Shown: positions 19,019 through 28,790, numbered from the stretch's first letter. The stretch is 64,000 nt of DNA from Limnothrix sp. BL-A-16 (GCA_041937175.2 CP166615.1:3680001-3744000), one strand, 5' to 3'. Notes: generated by a model from the sequence alone, not told the origin. Program-made: numbers and translations.

Positions 19019-20587
19019 TTAGTGCAGTTGCGGATCGCGCCAGAGGGTGAGTTGATCGCTCATGGGTTGCAGTTGGGTTCCAGGGTAATAGAACTGCAAA
19101 ATTCGGCTGGCATTCCAACCCAGTTTGGCTAACTTTTGCGATCCCGCTTGGCTCAGGCCCGCGCCGTGGCCCCAACCGCCGCCCACGAAGGTGTAGCCTC
19201 GCAACGGTTGCGCGCCACCCCTGATCGGCTCCAGGTAAAACAATGTGCTGCGCGGAGCCATGAAGGCGCTGCGAACCGCATCTTTTTCGAGCACTAGGGG
19301 CCCGCGATCGGTCGCTACGGTCAACTTGCGCACCCGACCACCGGGCGATCGCTCCGTCACCGTCAGGCTTTGGATAGTTTTCAGGTTGGCGCAATCACTG
19401 TTTTGGGCCCGGCAATAGCGCTGCAAACCCTGGGCAATTTCCGGCAGGGTGCTGCTGCGTCGCCAGCGGAAATCGCGCCAACCCAGCTCGTTCCAACCTT
19501 GGGCGATCGCCAGGAATTGCCGCAGGTTGCGCTCATCGGACAGGGGCCGCGCCGCCAAGTCCCAAATCGGTTGATGGGCATCGACCACGGGCCGCAGGTA
19601 GGGGCGATCGGGCCCGTCCCACACATCCGTAAAGTGGGCCGTCACGCCGCCGGAGGTGGAAAAGTAGAGCGCGTCGATCAGCTCGTTTTGGTAAGTGAGC
19701 ACTTGGCCGTTGGTGGCGGCGATCGCCCGATCGACCCGGGCCGTAGCCGCCTTTAGGCCGCGATAGACCTGGCAATGGGTATCGGCACAGAGCTGGTAGC
19801 CATCGATCGCAAACCGCCGCAAATTCCGCAGGGCATAGGTACGCGCCAAAATTGCCTGGGCTTGCAAGGCGGATTCCGGTGCGCCGGCCCCAATTTCGTA
19901 GGGCACTACGCCGCGCAGATAGGTTTCCGTGGGTACAGCATTGACGATCGTATAGCTGCCATAGGCATTGCGCTGGAGTTTCAGGGAACCGGCAAATCGA
20001 TCGCGTCCCACCTCGATCGCCCCTTTGCCCGCCGAAATGGTCAACCGCTCACTGGCAAAGGATTGACCCCCGATCGCCCCGCTCACCAACAGGTTGCGAT
20101 CGCGCCGCTGACTGAACAAATTAGGCTGGCCACCGGTTGTGGCGGGCGGGTTGGCTCGAACGCTATCCAATAACAGTCGCCGCAACAGGGGCTGGTGATA
20201 AATCTCCCGCTTGGCCCACACCTGCCACCGCTCCGACGGTTGGGCCAACTCCACCTGAATCCCCCGCGATCGCCATTGGTTCGCCGCCGCCTCCGCCGTT
20301 TCAAAGCTGCGGTAAGTCCCCAAGACCACCCGCTCATCAACAACGGGTTCCGGCAGGGGTTGGGCGATCGGTTGCAACACCAAGCGATCGCCCGTCAAGG
20401 TTTGGGTGCGATCAAGCAAATCCACTTGCACTGTCAGCCGATCGCCCGGTTGCGCCTTCAGCTCCAAGGTTCCCGGCTGTTCCCCAAACCGTTGCACAAT
20501 CCCAATTTGCAGCACCGGATTGGTCGCCGCGATCGCTTCCGGAGCCATCACCCACAGCAGCGCTCCCACCCAAAAAACTTGCCGCAT
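19019..20587 (-). CDS. SpoIID/LytB domain lytic transglycosylase (amidase enhancer)
   Basis: Signal peptide; ETYLRGVVPYE, AQAILARTYA, CQVY, GGGWGHGAGLSQ, ILQFYYPG. Confidence 0.9.
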   Translation of the reverse strand: MRQVFWVGALLWVMAPEAIAATNPVLQIGIVQRFGEQPGTLELKAQPGDRLTVQVDLLDRTQTLTGDRLVLQPIAQPLPEPVVDERVVLGTYRSFETAEAAANQWRSRGIQVELAQPSERWQVWAKREIYHQPLLRRLLLDSVRANPPATTGGQPNLFSQRRDRNLLVSGAIGGQSFASERLTISAGKGAIEVGRDRFAGSLKLQRNAYGSYTIVNAVPTETYLRGVVPYEIGAGAPESALQAQAILARTYALRNLRRFAIDGYQLCADTHCQVYRGLKAATARVDRAIAATNGQVLTYQNELIDALYFSTSGGVTAHFTDVWDGPDRPYLRPVVDAHQPIWDLAARPLSDERNLRQFLAIAQGWNELGWRDFRWRRSSTLPEIAQGLQRYCRAQNSDCANLKTIQSLTVTERSPGGRVRKLTVATDRGPLVLEKDAVRSAFMAPRSTLFYLEPIRGGAQPLRGYTFVGGGWGHGAGLSQAGSQKLAKLGWNASRILQFYYPGTQLQPMSDQLTLWRDPQLH

Positions 20588-20676
20588 TGTTCCCCTCAAA
20601 ACGAACCCATACTAAGTGATTTTACTGATCTCCATTTGCCCAAGGTCAAGGGATCAGCAGGCTGCATCCATCCCCA

Positions 20677-20706
20677 GAGTTGAGAATAATTTGCATATTG
20701 CAACTC
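20677..20706. promoter_or_regulatory. Putative Fur/PerR-family box upstream of dps
   Basis: GAGTTGAGAATAATTTGCATATTGCAACTC, an AT-rich dyad containing a 7-1-7-like TGAGAAT-A-ATTTGCA, about 100 bp before dps. Confidence 0.5.
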
Positions 20707-20802
20707 GAAATCAATATGACTATGATAAAGACAACCCGATCGCGCCCCTCCGTTTCCCCAGCCCCTGTCTTAAAGTCGTTTCATCAAGTTGGGTAATTCA
20801 CC

Positions 20803-21285
20803 ATGGCTGTTTCTGCTCCCATCATTAATATCGGCATTCCCGAAGCCGATCGCGCCAACATCGCCGCCGGCCTTTCCCGCGTCCTGGCCGACACCTACAC
20901 CCTCTATCTCAAAACCCACAACTTCCATTGGAACGTGACGGGCCCCATGTTCAACACCCTGCACCTGATGTTCGAGGCGCAATACACCGAACTGGCCCTC
21001 GCAGTGGATTTGATTGCGGAACGGATTCGATCGCTTGGCTTCCCGGCTCCCGGCAGCTACAGCGAATATGCCAAGCTAACCTCCATTCCCGAGGCCGAGG
21101 GCGTTCCCAGCGCCGAGGTGATGATTGCCCAGTTGGTGGAAGGTCAAGAGGCCGTCGTTCGCACGGCGCGGGCGGTGTTCCCCCTGGCCGATGCGGCGAA
21201 TGATGAACCCACGGCCGATCTGTTAACCCAGCGCCTGCAAATCCACGAGAAGAACGCTTGGATGCTGCGGAGTTTGTTGCAGTAG
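20803..21285 (+). CDS. dps: DNA starvation/stationary phase protection protein Dps
   Basis: [32 protein letters not shown] ferroxidase motifs. Confidence 0.95.
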   Translation: MAVSAPIINIGIPEADRANIAAGLSRVLADTYTLYLKTHNFHWNVTGPMFNTLHLMFEAQYTELALAVDLIAERIRSLGFPAPGSYSEYAKLTSIPEAEGVPSAEVMIAQLVEGQEAVVRTARAVFPLADAANDEPTADLLTQRLQIHEKNAWMLRSLLQ

Positions 21286-21340
21286 ATTCCAGTCGATCGC
21301 CCCTCCCGATCGCGCTAAGGGCGATCGACCACCGCGCGAG

Positions 21341-21375
21341 AACCCCGATCCTGCCAGCACTGGATCAGGGTTTTT
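21341..21375 (+). terminator. Rho-independent terminator of dps
   Basis: AACCCCGATCC...GGATCAGGGTT stem followed by a T run. Confidence 0.6.
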
Positions 21376-21451
21376 CGCGTTAGTTTTGAACTGTTCCACC
21401 TTGACCCATCAGGGCGATCGCTCCTCCTTCGCACCCTAGGAGTTACGCACC

Positions 21452-22561
21452 ATGCTCCAAAGCCTAGAAATCGAAAACTTCCGCCAGTTTTCCCACTTCA
21501 CCATCCCCAAACTGGGCCGCATCAACCTGCTCACCGGCAAAAACAACAGCGGCAAAACCTCAGTCCTAGAAGCGATTTACTTGCTCATGACCCAGGAGCA
21601 TCCCGCCCAGATCATGACTGAGTTGCAACTCAGTCGAGGTGAAATTTCTCCGGCTGCTGATCCTCAGAAGTATGCTTCGGAAATCATTCATTTTTTTCAT
21701 AATCGAAAGACTACTTCTCAAAACATCATCAAAATTTCAGGTTTATCCAACACCTATCAAAAAGAGTTGACTATACAACTCGTGATGGATGATCACAAAA
21801 CGGATTCAATCATTACTTTTGATGCCTTTTCAAAAGATTTTCAAGAATCAACGAGACCCAAGATCTTAATCAACAGAAAAAAAACAGGATCGAAAGATAC
21901 TCAATACGGAGGAACTCTATCTCCTGATCGCGAAATTGTCTTTCAAAAATCAGGTGGCATTCAAAGTCCTCTTCATCAGGATCAGGATGTTGATTTCATG
22001 ATCTCAACAAAAGCAACATCTCAAGAAGCAGCTTATCTTTACAATGAAGTAGTTTTGCAGCCGACAGAGAATTTAGTCTTAGAGGCAGCAAAAATTCTAG
22101 AACCCAAAATTCAAAGAATTGCTCCAAGGTACGTTGATATTGAGAGAATTGGCTCAATCCCTAAGCAAGGCTTCTTTGCCAAGGTAGAAGGGTTTGATGA
22201 AATCATTCCACTTGCGAGTATGGGTGATGGATTATGGCGCATCCTAGGTCTTGTTTTGGTGCTGGTCAGTGCTAAAAATAAGATCTTGTTAATTGATGAA
22301 ATTGACACTGGCTTCCACTACAGCGTTATGGTGCAACTCTGGAAGTTAATTTGGAAAAGTGCCAAGGAGTTAGACATCCAGGTCTTTGCAACAACTCATA
22401 GTCGCGATTGCTGGGAAGCTCTAGGAGAGCTGATCGAAACAGAGGAAATTTATGGTGATGAAATCATGATTCATCGAATTGATGCGAAACACGATCACAG
22501 CGTCAGCTATGACACGGATAAAATCGTGATTGCTGCTGAAGACCAGGTTGAGGTTCGGTAG
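21452..22561 (+). CDS. ABC-type ATPase (AAA_15/AAA_21, AbiEii/OLD-like)
   Basis: IENFR, Walker A GKNNSGKT, signature-like MGDG, Walker B LLIDEID, TTHS; mostly AT-rich. Confidence 0.85.
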   Translation: MLQSLEIENFRQFSHFTIPKLGRINLLTGKNNSGKTSVLEAIYLLMTQEHPAQIMTELQLSRGEISPAADPQKYASEIIHFFHNRKTTSQNIIKISGLSNTYQKELTIQLVMDDHKTDSIITFDAFSKDFQESTRPKILINRKKTGSKDTQYGGTLSPDREIVFQKSGGIQSPLHQDQDVDFMISTKATSQEAAYLYNEVVLQPTENLVLEAAKILEPKIQRIAPRYVDIERIGSIPKQGFFAKVEGFDEIIPLASMGDGLWRILGLVLVLVSAKNKILLIDEIDTGFHYSVMVQLWKLIWKSAKELDIQVFATTHSRDCWEALGELIETEEIYGDEIMIHRIDAKHDHSVSYDTDKIVIAAEDQVEVR

Positions 22562-22563
22562 AG

Positions 22564-23241
22564 ATGAGTTCAGCAAGTCGCAAATCGAGAATTTTGTTTG
22601 TCGAAGGAAGTAGCGACAAAACAATCGTTAGCGAAATTCTCAATATCTATCTACCGCACTGGAAAATAACCAAAAAAAGATCGGGATCATCACAGCCACA
22701 GATCGATATTCAAGATCAACAAGGAATTAGCAATATAACGCCAGACAAAATATTTAACCAGCTAGCTGATCCTAATGTGTCTGCTCTAGGGGTTATGGTT
22801 GATGCTGACGGTAGCGCCTCAGATCAGTGGCAGGAAATCTGTAGAATCTGCCAATTTGTTAAACAATTGAATTCGATTTCATTCCCTGAGCAAATTCCGG
22901 AAAATGGGTTTGTTTGTTCAGTCACTGATAATCAAAAATTTGGTATCTGGATGATGCCAGATAATCGATCGCCTGGAATGCTGGAAACCCTGTTATCCTG
23001 TCTAATTCCCAGCGATCGCGAGAATCTATGGATACATTTACAGGCATCCGTTGATCAAGCAAAACGATTAGGCGCGCCATTCAGTGATCATCATTTAGAT
23101 AAAGCACGGATCTACACATGGTTGGCTTGGCATCATAAGCCTGGTGCATGGATCAAAACGGGAGAACGTGCTGTTTTTAATTTTGATCATCCTCAAATTC
23201 ATGCCTTTGTAGATTGGCTAAAGGCACTCTATGACTTATGA
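22564..23241 (+). CDS. TOPRIM-like protein (DUF3226-like)
   Basis: LFVEG..D, VMVDAD, WMMPDN...GMLE, DKA.IYTWL; starts 2 bp after the ATPase stop. Confidence 0.7.
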   Translation: MSSASRKSRILFVEGSSDKTIVSEILNIYLPHWKITKKRSGSSQPQIDIQDQQGISNITPDKIFNQLADPNVSALGVMVDADGSASDQWQEICRICQFVKQLNSISFPEQIPENGFVCSVTDNQKFGIWMMPDNRSPGMLETLLSCLIPSDRENLWIHLQASVDQAKRLGAPFSDHHLDKARIYTWLAWHHKPGAWIKTGERAVFNFDHPQIHAFVDWLKALYDL

Positions 23242-23314
23242 GCCGGTAATCTGTAGGGCGGGATTGCACCCCAAAATTGATTCAACCAATTGATTCATAG
23301 GATGGATTGGCGCT

Positions 23315-24466
23315 GTGGCTGACCGGATGCGGATTTGTGTGACGATCGGGACTCGACCGGAAGCGATCAAGATGGCTCCGGTGGCGCGGGCGTTCTTGCA
23401 GGACGATCGCTTCGAGACCCAGATTCTGCTGACGGGCCAGCATAAGGAAATGGTCGAGCAGGTGATGAGCCTGTTTGAGTTGCAGGGCGATCGGGACTTG
23501 GCGATTATGCAGCCGGGGCAAACCCTGACGGATATTACATGCCGCAGCTTGACCGGCTTGGGGGCGCTGTTTGCAGAGCTTCAGCCCCAGTTGGTGTTGG
23601 TGCAGGGCGACACAACGACGGCCTTTGCGGCGGCCCTGGCGGCGTTTTATCAGCAAATTCCCGTGGGGCATGTGGAGGCGGGTTTGCGGACAGACAATCT
23701 CTACAGTCCGTTCCCCGAGGAGGCAAATCGGCGGCTGATTTCCCAGGTGACGCAGTTGCACTTTGCGCCGACGGATTTGGCGGTGGCGAATTTGCAAAAG
23801 TCGGGGGTGATGGGCGAGGTTCACCAAACGGGCAACACGGTGATCGATGCGCTGTTGGCGGTGGCGGCGAAAAATCCCCCTTGCCCGATCGCCCCCTTGG
23901 CCGGAACCGCAACGGCCGGGCGATCGCTCGATTGGTCAGCAGGGCCGGTGATTTTGGCAACGGTGCATCGCCGGGAAAATTGGGGCGACCCGCTACACGA
24001 GATTGCCGATGGGTTCTTGGGGCTGCTCGATCGCTTCCCGGATCTGTCGTTGGTGTTGCCGCTGCACCGTAACCCGACCGTGCGCGAGCCGCTGATCGGC
24101 AAGCTGGGGCCCCATGATCGGGTGTTTTTGACGGAGCCGCTGGACTATTCGGCGCTGATTGGGGCGATGCAGCGATCGACCCTGATCCTCACGGACTCCG
24201 GCGGTTTGCAAGAGGAAGCGCCGAGCCTGGGCAAGCCGGTGCTGGTGCTGCGGGACACGACGGAACGACCCGAGGCGATCGCGGCGGGCACGGCCAAACT
24301 GATCGGCACGGCCACGGCGGATATTGTGCGGGAAGCGAGTCTTTTGCTGAGCGATCGGGCTGCCTACGAGGCCATGGCCCACGCAGCTAATCCCTTTGGG
24401 GATGGTCAGGCGGCGGCACGAATTGTCCAAGCGGTGGCCGCTTGGTTGGCGCAGCGATCGAGTTAG
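23315..24466 (+). CDS. wecB: UDP-N-acetylglucosamine 2-epimerase (non-hydrolysing)
   Basis: GTRPEAIKMAP, TGQH, QGDT, HVEAGLR, PFPEE, HRREN, TDSGGLQEE, TERPE. Confidence 0.95.
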   Translation: MADRMRICVTIGTRPEAIKMAPVARAFLQDDRFETQILLTGQHKEMVEQVMSLFELQGDRDLAIMQPGQTLTDITCRSLTGLGALFAELQPQLVLVQGDTTTAFAAALAAFYQQIPVGHVEAGLRTDNLYSPFPEEANRRLISQVTQLHFAPTDLAVANLQKSGVMGEVHQTGNTVIDALLAVAAKNPPCPIAPLAGTATAGRSLDWSAGPVILATVHRRENWGDPLHEIADGFLGLLDRFPDLSLVLPLHRNPTVREPLIGKLGPHDRVFLTEPLDYSALIGAMQRSTLILTDSGGLQEEAPSLGKPVLVLRDTTERPEAIAAGTAKLIGTATADIVREASLLLSDRAAYEAMAHAANPFGDGQAAARIVQAVAAWLAQRSS

Positions 24467-24548
24467 GTAGCGGAGACACTGAGCAGTTCGATCGCTCTGG
24501 GGCAGTTAGCGACCACAGAGCGAGCGCATCACTGAAAATCACGACAGA

Positions 24549-24596
24549 TGGGAGCAAACCATCGTGGCGGCCACTTGGCTTGCTCCCAGTTTGTTT
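24549..24596 (+). terminator. Possible terminator hairpin downstream of wecB
   Basis: TGGGAGCAAACCA...TGGCTTGCTCCCA followed by GTTTGTTT. Confidence 0.45.
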
Positions 24597-25195
24597 ACGG
24601 AATATCAGGTATGAATTAGCACAGTTGTTTACGTTTTTCTGAGTCTAGCGTTGGCGGTCGCGTATTTTTTTTAACCAATCAAAGGGACTCAGTAAACCTT
24701 GGTTGAGCGCTAATTTTCTGGTGATGAAGCTGGGTGATTTTTTTGACCTCTAAAACTGCTTTTTCAATAGTTATTAAGATTTCCCGATCGCGCTGTGGGA
24801 TTGGTCATTTTAATCGCGATATTTAGAGTATCCTCAAAAGCCCACAGATCCTTGATCCCCGAGATCAGGTCTGAACTTCGCTGAATTTTGCAGCAATCAG
24901 CGCGGGTGGTACTGTTGATGACCGTTTGTTTCGGTCAGATCAGGAGCCTGGTTTCAAAGGCCGTTTCTCAGATCCTTGAGCAAATGGTTATGATTTGATC
25001 CCCGCGCTCCCGCGCCGATCGCCCCTTGAGGATCAACCTCAGATGCAGCACTGTGACTCCTAGTCCAGATCATGGATTTGTTCATAATGAAATCCATGAA
25101 TTTTGGGTTGTGCAGATGCCAATTTTGGGGTTGAGCCGTCACTGTGTATGGGGCATTTGGGATGGTTAATTTTCTTAAAAAAAGTCATAAAGACC

Positions 25196-25402
25196 ATGGC
25201 TAATGCTGTGAATTTATCGGATGCAACCCTGATGGAAATTTATGCAGATGCGATGACTTCAGGGGTCATTACAGAGGATCAATGCGAGCGACTCCATGAG
25301 GCGCTGGTGGACAGTGACTTGACGGAGCACGAGCAACAGGCGTTGAATCGAATTTTCCATTCGGTTTGGCGAGGATGGCTCCGTTATGGCGATCGCTCCT
25401 GA
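25196..25402 (+). CDS. Small hypothetical protein (68 aa)
   Basis: ATG 25196; SG.IT..., L.E.E...LNRI..SV.RG pattern reminiscent of small cyanobacterial hypothetical proteins. Confidence 0.6.
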   Translation: MANAVNLSDATLMEIYADAMTSGVITEDQCERLHEALVDSDLTEHEQQALNRIFHSVWRGWLRYGDRS

Positions 25403-25484
25403 GCACGCCCCCCGATCGACTCATGCAGCACCGTTGTTGGGCAATCCATTTCGATGGTCAATCAAACGACCAAGGGGATGGGTA

Positions 25485-26729
25485 ATGCCATGGTTCACCC
25501 GATCGCGCCGTTGGCTGGTGGCGATCGGGTTGGGGTTCCTGTTGGGGTTGGGTTGGTTGCTGGGGTCGGTTGCCCTGGCCCGATCGCAGTCCTTGCCGGA
25601 GTTGCGCCAACAGCAACAGCAACTGAACCAGCAGCGGCAAACCGTTAAGGAACAGCGGCAAACCGTCCAGCAACAGCAACAGGCAACCCAGGAACAGATG
25701 AAAACCCTGGAGCAGTCGCTTGATCGCACCGAAGCCGAAGCCGATCGTACCCAAAGCCGTTTGGATACGGCGGTGGATCAGTTGGCGATTTTGGAGCGCG
25801 ATTTAGCCCTTGCGGAACAGAACTACCAGCGCAAACGGTTGGCGATCGTGGCGCGGCTGCGGTTTTTGCAACAACAGTCGCCCCAGTGGGGATTGGCGGC
25901 ATTGCTCCAGAGCAAGTCGATCGAACAGTTTTTTGATCATCAACACCGACTGCAAGCGGTCTATGGAGCCGATCGCCGACAACTGAAGGAACTCGATCGC
26001 GCTGCGGATCAGCTCAGTTTGCAGCGCAGTCAATGGCAAGAACGCCGTCGGGAATTGGCCAGCCTCAGCCAAGATCTGAGCCTGGAGGAGTTGGAATTGC
26101 GTCGCCGCACCCAAGCAGAGCAGGCCCGGGCGGCCGCCTTGCGGGCCGACCAAGCCCGCTTGCAAACGGAACAGGCCCAGCTCGATCGGGACTCGGCCAA
26201 CCTCACGCGCCTGATTCAGCAGCGCATTACCGAACAGCAACAGGCCGAGGCGATCGCCCGTTTAAATCGCATGGCCGCCTTTCGCGTACCGGGCCAGTTT
26301 GGGAGTCTGAATGCCGGTGAACCCAAAATTTTGAAGTTACCGGGCGGCATTTTGGCTACGCCCGTGGACGCGCTGATCACCAGTGGGTTTGGCTGGCGGG
26401 TGCATCCGATTTTGGGCTACGGCCGACAGCACAATGGGATTGATTTTGGGGCAGCCTATGGAACCACGGTGCGATCGGCCCATGGCGGAACCGTGGTGGT
26501 GGCCGGCTCGTTTGGGGGCTATGGCAACACGGTGGTGATCGATCGGGGGGATGGCCTGTCCACCCTCTATGGTCACAACAGCGAACTCTATGTGCGGGTG
26601 GGGCAAACGGTGCAAAAGGGCGAGGCGATCGCCGCCGTTGGTTCCACGGGGCTGTCCACGGGGCCCCACTTGCATTTTGAAGTGCGGGAAAATGGCAATC
26701 CAGTGGATCCAGTGCCCTATCTGCGCTAA
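25485..26729 (+). CDS. M23 peptidase with coiled coil (EnvC/MepM-like)
   Basis: Signal/TM segment, long Gln-rich coiled coil, HNGID, YGH, STGPHLHFE zinc motifs. Confidence 0.9.
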   Translation: MPWFTRSRRWLVAIGLGFLLGLGWLLGSVALARSQSLPELRQQQQQLNQQRQTVKEQRQTVQQQQQATQEQMKTLEQSLDRTEAEADRTQSRLDTAVDQLAILERDLALAEQNYQRKRLAIVARLRFLQQQSPQWGLAALLQSKSIEQFFDHQHRLQAVYGADRRQLKELDRAADQLSLQRSQWQERRRELASLSQDLSLEELELRRRTQAEQARAAALRADQARLQTEQAQLDRDSANLTRLIQQRITEQQQAEAIARLNRMAAFRVPGQFGSLNAGEPKILKLPGGILATPVDALITSGFGWRVHPILGYGRQHNGIDFGAAYGTTVRSAHGGTVVVAGSFGGYGNTVVIDRGDGLSTLYGHNSELYVRVGQTVQKGEAIAAVGSTGLSTGPHLHFEVRENGNPVDPVPYLR

Positions 26730-26747
26730 AGCCATGTCCGAGGGTTC

Positions 26748-27034
26748 GGGCCTGTCGTTATTTTCTAGGATCAAGTGAAAATGGTTGATCCTCAACGCCC
26801 TAGCCAACCTAGACAAGGGGCTTAGGGACTGTCGTCGTTTAACCCGAAACCCTAGATCTGCCGTTAGCGGATCGTGAGGGACAAGGGGCTTAAGCCCCTT
26901 GTTACGACGGTTAGGACACAGAAGATCAACCGTTCTAGCATCACCTCGAAAAATGACGACACCCCCTAAGCCCCTTGCCCCCCACGATCTGCTAGCGGTG
27001 GAACCAGGGTTTTAGGTGATTTAACGACAGGCCC
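26748..27034. mobile_element. Nested MITE pair: outer copy 26748-27034, inner inverted copy 26825-26966
   Basis: Outer TIRs GGGCCTGTCGTTA / TAACGACAGGCCC; inner TIRs GGGACTGTCGTCGTTT / AAATGACGACACCCCC with TA duplicated, splitting the outer copy's central palindrome. Confidence 0.75.
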
Positions 27035-27064
27035 CCAGCGAGATCCACCGTTGATTAACCCTAT

Positions 27065-27676
27065 TCAGCTCACCCCTAGGGTCGCGAGGCGATCGAGTAA
27101 CGGTTGGGCTGCCGTTTCCAAATCTTGGCCAAAGGACAACACCCCATCCTCATGACCCGCCATCACCAAAATGCGGCATTCCGGTAAGGGACTTTCGGTA
27201 AACAGCCGCGCCATTTCCCGCGCCATGGCCGGTGTGCCGTAGGGAACCGTTGCCCGAGTGGTGGGCAGGCGATCGCGCTCTTGATCCCAAAGGGCGGGAC
27301 AGTGACCGTGAATAATCGCCTGAATGTTTGGATCCAGTTGGTAGATGGCCGCATGGGTCAGGGACTCCGATGAGGCGCAGATCGGCCCCCGGCAGTGCAG
27401 CCAGTTGCGATCGATCTCCCAGCGATCGACCAGGGTGTAATGCTCGGGGCCGGTGGTGGTGAGGTGGCCCGTCTGCGTACCGGAAATCAGAAATCGATCG
27501 ATCCCCAGACGAATGCTGAGGTTGCCGTAGCCAATGCCGTTGGGATACACCCCGATCGCCCCCCACTGAAACAGCCGATCGCGCCAGGTGATCAGCGCCT
27601 GCAACGCCACCGGGTCAAGGGCGATCGGGGGAGCCTGTTCCCAATCGCAGGCAAATTTAATTACGCCCTCATCCAT
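27065..27676 (-). CDS. Class II aldolase/adducin family protein
   Basis: GYGNLS.R, ASSESLTH, IIHGH, MAGHEDG metal-binding motifs; overlaps the mtnA stop. Confidence 0.8.
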   Translation of the reverse strand: MDEGVIKFACDWEQAPPIALDPVALQALITWRDRLFQWGAIGVYPNGIGYGNLSIRLGIDRFLISGTQTGHLTTTGPEHYTLVDRWEIDRNWLHCRGPICASSESLTHAAIYQLDPNIQAIIHGHCPALWDQERDRLPTTRATVPYGTPAMAREMARLFTESPLPECRILVMAGHEDGVLSFGQDLETAAQPLLDRLATLGVS

Positions 27677-28790
27677 GATTTTGGGTCTCCTGTTCGGGAA
27701 ACAGGCCCAGCAAGCCCGCCTCGGAGGCCGCGCAAAGACCGCGCTCGGTGATCAACCCCGTGACCAACCGGGCCGGGGTCACATCAAACCCATAGTTCGC
27801 CGCCGGAGAGTCTTCTGGGCAGATCAGCACAGAGGTGATCGCTCCCGATTCCGTGCGGCCGTCCATATATTTCACTTCCCGATCGCTCCGTTGTTCGATC
27901 GGAATTTCCCGCACCCCGTCCCGCAAGGTCCAATCGATCGTGGAAGACGGCAGCGCCACGTAAAACGGCACCTCGTTATCCTTCGCGGCCAAGGCCTTGA
28001 GGTAAGTGCCAATTTTGTTGGCCACATCGCCACAGCGCGTGGTGCGATCGCTCCCCACAATCACCAAATCCACCAAACCATGCTGCATCAAGTGGCCGCC
28101 CGTGTTGTCCGCAATCAGGGTATGGGGCACGCCATGTTGGCCCAACTCCCAAGCGGTCAGCTTTGCACCCTGGTTGCGTGGGCGGGTTTCGTCTACCCAC
28201 ACATGAAGCGGAATCCCCTGATCAAAGGCTTGATAAATGGGAGCGGTGGCGGTTCCCCAGTCCACGCAGGCCAACCAGCCCGCATTGCAGTGCGTCAACA
28301 CATTCACAGGGCGGCCGGTGCGGCCATAGATGTCTGCAATCAGGCGTTGGCCGTGGTGGCCAATTTGGGCACATTGCTGCACGTCGGCCTCGATGATTTC
28401 GGCGGCCCGCAGCCGCAGCCGATCGAACGCGGCCGCCCCAGACTGACAATCGGCCACCGCCGCCAACTGCTGAGCGATCGCCCAATGGAGGTTCACGGCC
28501 GTGGGCCGCGTTTTCAGCAGCCGTTGGGCCGCCTCCGCGATCGCGCCCTGAAAGTCCGCCGCCGATCGCGCTGCCATACCCGCCAGGGCCATCCCCACCG
28601 CCGCCGTGGCCCCAATCAGCGGCGCACCGCGCACCACCATTTCCTCGATCGCCCAAGCGGCCGTTTCCAAATCCGGCAGCGGTTGCCAAACCAGTTGATG
28701 GGGCAATTGCCGCTGGTCAATCACCGCCACCGTTTCCGGGCGATCGGGATCAAACCGAATGGTTCGGGTCGCAACACCAGCAATTTTCAT
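27669..28790 (-). CDS. mtnA: S-methyl-5-thioribose-1-phosphate isomerase
   Basis: DQRQLP, VRGAPLIG, RPTAVNL, LTHCNAG, ETRPRNQG, ANKIGTY, FDVTP. Confidence 0.95.
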   Translation of the reverse strand: MKIAGVATRTIRFDPDRPETVAVIDQRQLPHQLVWQPLPDLETAAWAIEEMVVRGAPLIGATAAVGMALAGMAARSAADFQGAIAEAAQRLLKTRPTAVNLHWAIAQQLAAVADCQSGAAAFDRLRLRAAEIIEADVQQCAQIGHHGQRLIADIYGRTGRPVNVLTHCNAGWLACVDWGTATAPIYQAFDQGIPLHVWVDETRPRNQGAKLTAWELGQHGVPHTLIADNTGGHLMQHGLVDLVIVGSDRTTRCGDVANKIGTYLKALAAKDNEVPFYVALPSSTIDWTLRDGVREIPIEQRSDREVKYMDGRTESGAITSVLICPEDSPAANYGFDVTPARLVTGLITERGLCAASEAGLLGLFPEQETQNHG

